From: Macrostomum hystrix
Taxonomy: Eukaryota > Animalia > Platyhelminthes
Length of the DNA: 64,000 bases
NCBI GenBank assembly: GCA_950097015.1
Contig: CATNEN010000014.1
Location: 1,240,001-1,304,000 of the forward strand
Direction: 5' to 3'
Below the pieces are notes generated by a model, which had not been told where the DNA came from, ran no database searches, and saw only the letters and a program-made list of their open reading frames with translations. The position numbers were made by a program, and so were the translations under genes. Every line of letters begins with the position of its first letter. Position 1 is the stretch's first letter. Positions 61,772 to 64,000 of this stretch are shown here, in pieces.

Positions 61772-64000
61772 CTAGCATGTTTTGCCCCCCTTCGGGGAGC
61801 AGAAATATTTTTAATTCGTCTTGTATATACTGTTTAGCAGCTGAATTTACAGCTTTTTAAAGCTAAAATAAACCCCCAGTTGACAATGATCCCCCAGTTG
61901 ACAATGATCCCCCAGTTGACAATGATCCCCCAGTTGATGATGATCCCCCAGTTGACAATGATCCCCCAGTTGACAATGAACCCCCAGTTGACAATGATCC
62001 CCAGTTGACAATGATCCCCCAGTTGATGATGATCCCCCAGTTGACAATGATCCCCCAGTTGACAATGAACCCCCAGTTGACAATGATCCCCAGTTGACAA
62101 TGATCCCCCAGTTCACAATGATCCCCTTGTTGACAATGATCCCCCAGTTGACAATGATCCCACAGTTGACAATGATCCCCCAGTTGATGATGATCCCCCA
62201 GTTGACAATGATCACCCAGTTGACAATGATCCCCCAGTTGACAATGATCCCCCAGTTGACAATGATCTCACAGTTGACAATGATCCCCCAGTTTACAATG
62301 ATCCCCCAGTTGACAATGATCCCCCAGTTGACAATGATCACCCAGTTGACAATGATCTCACAGTTGACAATGATCCCCCAGTTGACAATGATCCCTCAGA
62401 TGACAATGATCCCCCAGTTGACAATGATCACCCAGTTGATGATGATCCCCCAGTTGATAATGATACCCCAGTTGACAATGATCCCCCAGTTGACAATGAT
62501 CCCCCAGTTGACAATGATCCCCCAGTTGACAATGATCCCCCAGTTGACAATGATCTCACAGTTGACAATGATCCCCCAGTTGACAATGATCCCCAGTTGA
62601 CAATGATCCCCCAGTTGACAATGATCACCCAGTTGACAATGATCCCCCAGTTGACAATGATCCCCCAGTTGACAATGATCCCCCATTTGATGAGGACTCC
62701 TTATTGATGATGATGCCCAGTTGACAATGTTGCCCAGTTAATTTTTATATTAGCTTCTTTTGTAGAAAATTGAGAAGAACAACAATTAAATGATTATTAG
62801 GCAAAATATTTATCATACAAATTATATCATTATGACGTTATGAGATAACAAACTCAAAATTCAATTCAATGACAAAAGACAAATTTTGCCATGATTCAAA
62901 CGCTGGTTTAGCCATGATTCAGACTCTGGTTTAGCCATGATTCAGACTCTGGTTTAGCCATGATTCATACTATGGTTTAGCCATGATTCAGACGCTGGTT
63001 TAGCCATGATTCAGACTCTGGTTTAGCCATGATTCAGACTCTGGTTTAGCCATGATGCAAACTCTGGTTTAGCCATGATTCAAACTCTGGTTTAGCCATG
63101 ATTCGGACTCTGGTTTAGCCATGATTCAGACTCTGGTTTAGCCATGATTCAAACTCTGGTTTAGCCATGATTCAGACGCTGGTTTAGCCATGATTCAGAC
63201 GCTGGTTTAACTATGATTTAAACTCTGTTTTAGCCATGATTCAGACTCTGGTTTTGCCATGATTCAGACTCTGGTTTAGCCATGATTCAGACTATGGTTT
63301 AGCCATGATTCAGACTCTGGTTTAGCCATGATTCAGACCCTGGTTTAGCCATGATTCAAACTCTGGTTTAGCCATGATTCAGACTCTGGTTTAGCCATGA
63401 TTTAAACTCTGTTTTAGCCATGATTCAGACCCTGGTTTAGCCATGATTCAAACTCTGGTTTAGCCATGATTCAGACTCTGGTTTTGCCATGATTCAAACT
63501 CTGGTTTAGCCATGATTCAGACTCTGGTTTAGCCATGATTCAGATTCAGACTCTGGTTTAGCCATGATTCAAACTCTGGGTTAGCCATGATTCAAAATCT
63601 GGTTTAGCCATGATTCAAACTCTGGTTTAGCCATGATTCAGACTCTGGTTTAGCCATGATTCAAACTCTGGTTTAGCCATGATTCAGACGCTGGTTTAGC
63701 CATGATTCAGACTCTGGTTTAGCCATGATTCAAAGTCTGGGTTAGCCATGATTCAAACTCTGGTTTAGCCATGATTCAAACTCTGGGTTAGCCATGATTC
63801 AGACTCTGGTTTAGCCATGATTCAGACTCTGGTTTAGCCATGATTCAGACTCTGGTTTAGCCATGATTCAAACTCTGGTTTAGCCATGATTCAGACGCTG
63901 GTTTAGCCATGATTCAGACTCTGGTTTAGCCATGATTCAAAGTCTGGGTTAGCCATGATTCAAACTCTGGTTTAGCCATGATTCAAACTCTGGGTTAGCC
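61772..64000 (-). mobile_element. Non-autonomous Helitron-type element, long variant D (B-family; 5' end outside window)
   Basis: CTAGCATGTTTTGCCCCCCTTCGGGGAGCAGAAATATTTTTAATTCGTC matches the start of B, followed by the same 18-bp and 23-bp arrays. Confidence 0.75.
61873..64000. repeat. 18-bp array (61873-62740) and expanded 23-bp array (62885->64000)
   Basis: Same units as in variant B, with the 23-bp array much longer here. Confidence 0.95.

Noticed and set aside
627-62686. Many long ORFs with periodic peptides (e.g. 16765-18030, 20002-21222, 30748-31907, 11081-12280, 61847-62600)
   Set aside because: They are translations of minisatellites or antisense shadows of real exons. They are open in several frames and have no domain signal.

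Overview
This is eukaryotic (animal) genomic DNA, with GC-rich exons, short GT-AG introns and many minisatellites. The style best fits a free-living flatworm such as Macrostomum, but that is inference only. The left 37 kb is genic. It holds the 5' part of a kainate-type ionotropic glutamate receptor (minus, 10 exons, runs off the left edge), a DEG/ENaC channel with an intronless CDS, a complete 6-exon IFT74, the 3' eight exons of an IA-2/phogrin (PTPRN-family) gene and the TM4-TM7 half of a class A GPCR. It also holds a ~906-aa type I membrane protein that joins an atypical Ig-bearing ectodomain to an L1/neuroglian-type FIGGY tail. Many introns carry their own minisatellite, and four copies of a tRNA-derived SINE are present. 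A 5'-truncated RTE-like LINE lies at 37.9-40.2 kb. From 43,048 to the right edge (>20.9 kb) the sequence is one head-to-tail concatemer of non-autonomous Helitron-type elements on the minus strand, with 5'-TC, 3' hairpin+CTAG and CTAG|TC junctions. It contains 13 short ~340-bp units and four long variants. The long variants carry the same 5' head wherever it is in the window, end in different terminators and carry different minisatellite cargo; one also hosts an RNase H-bearing LINE and an unexplained 2.3-kb block. This Helitron array and the L1-tailed protein are the strongest candidates for something undescribed.
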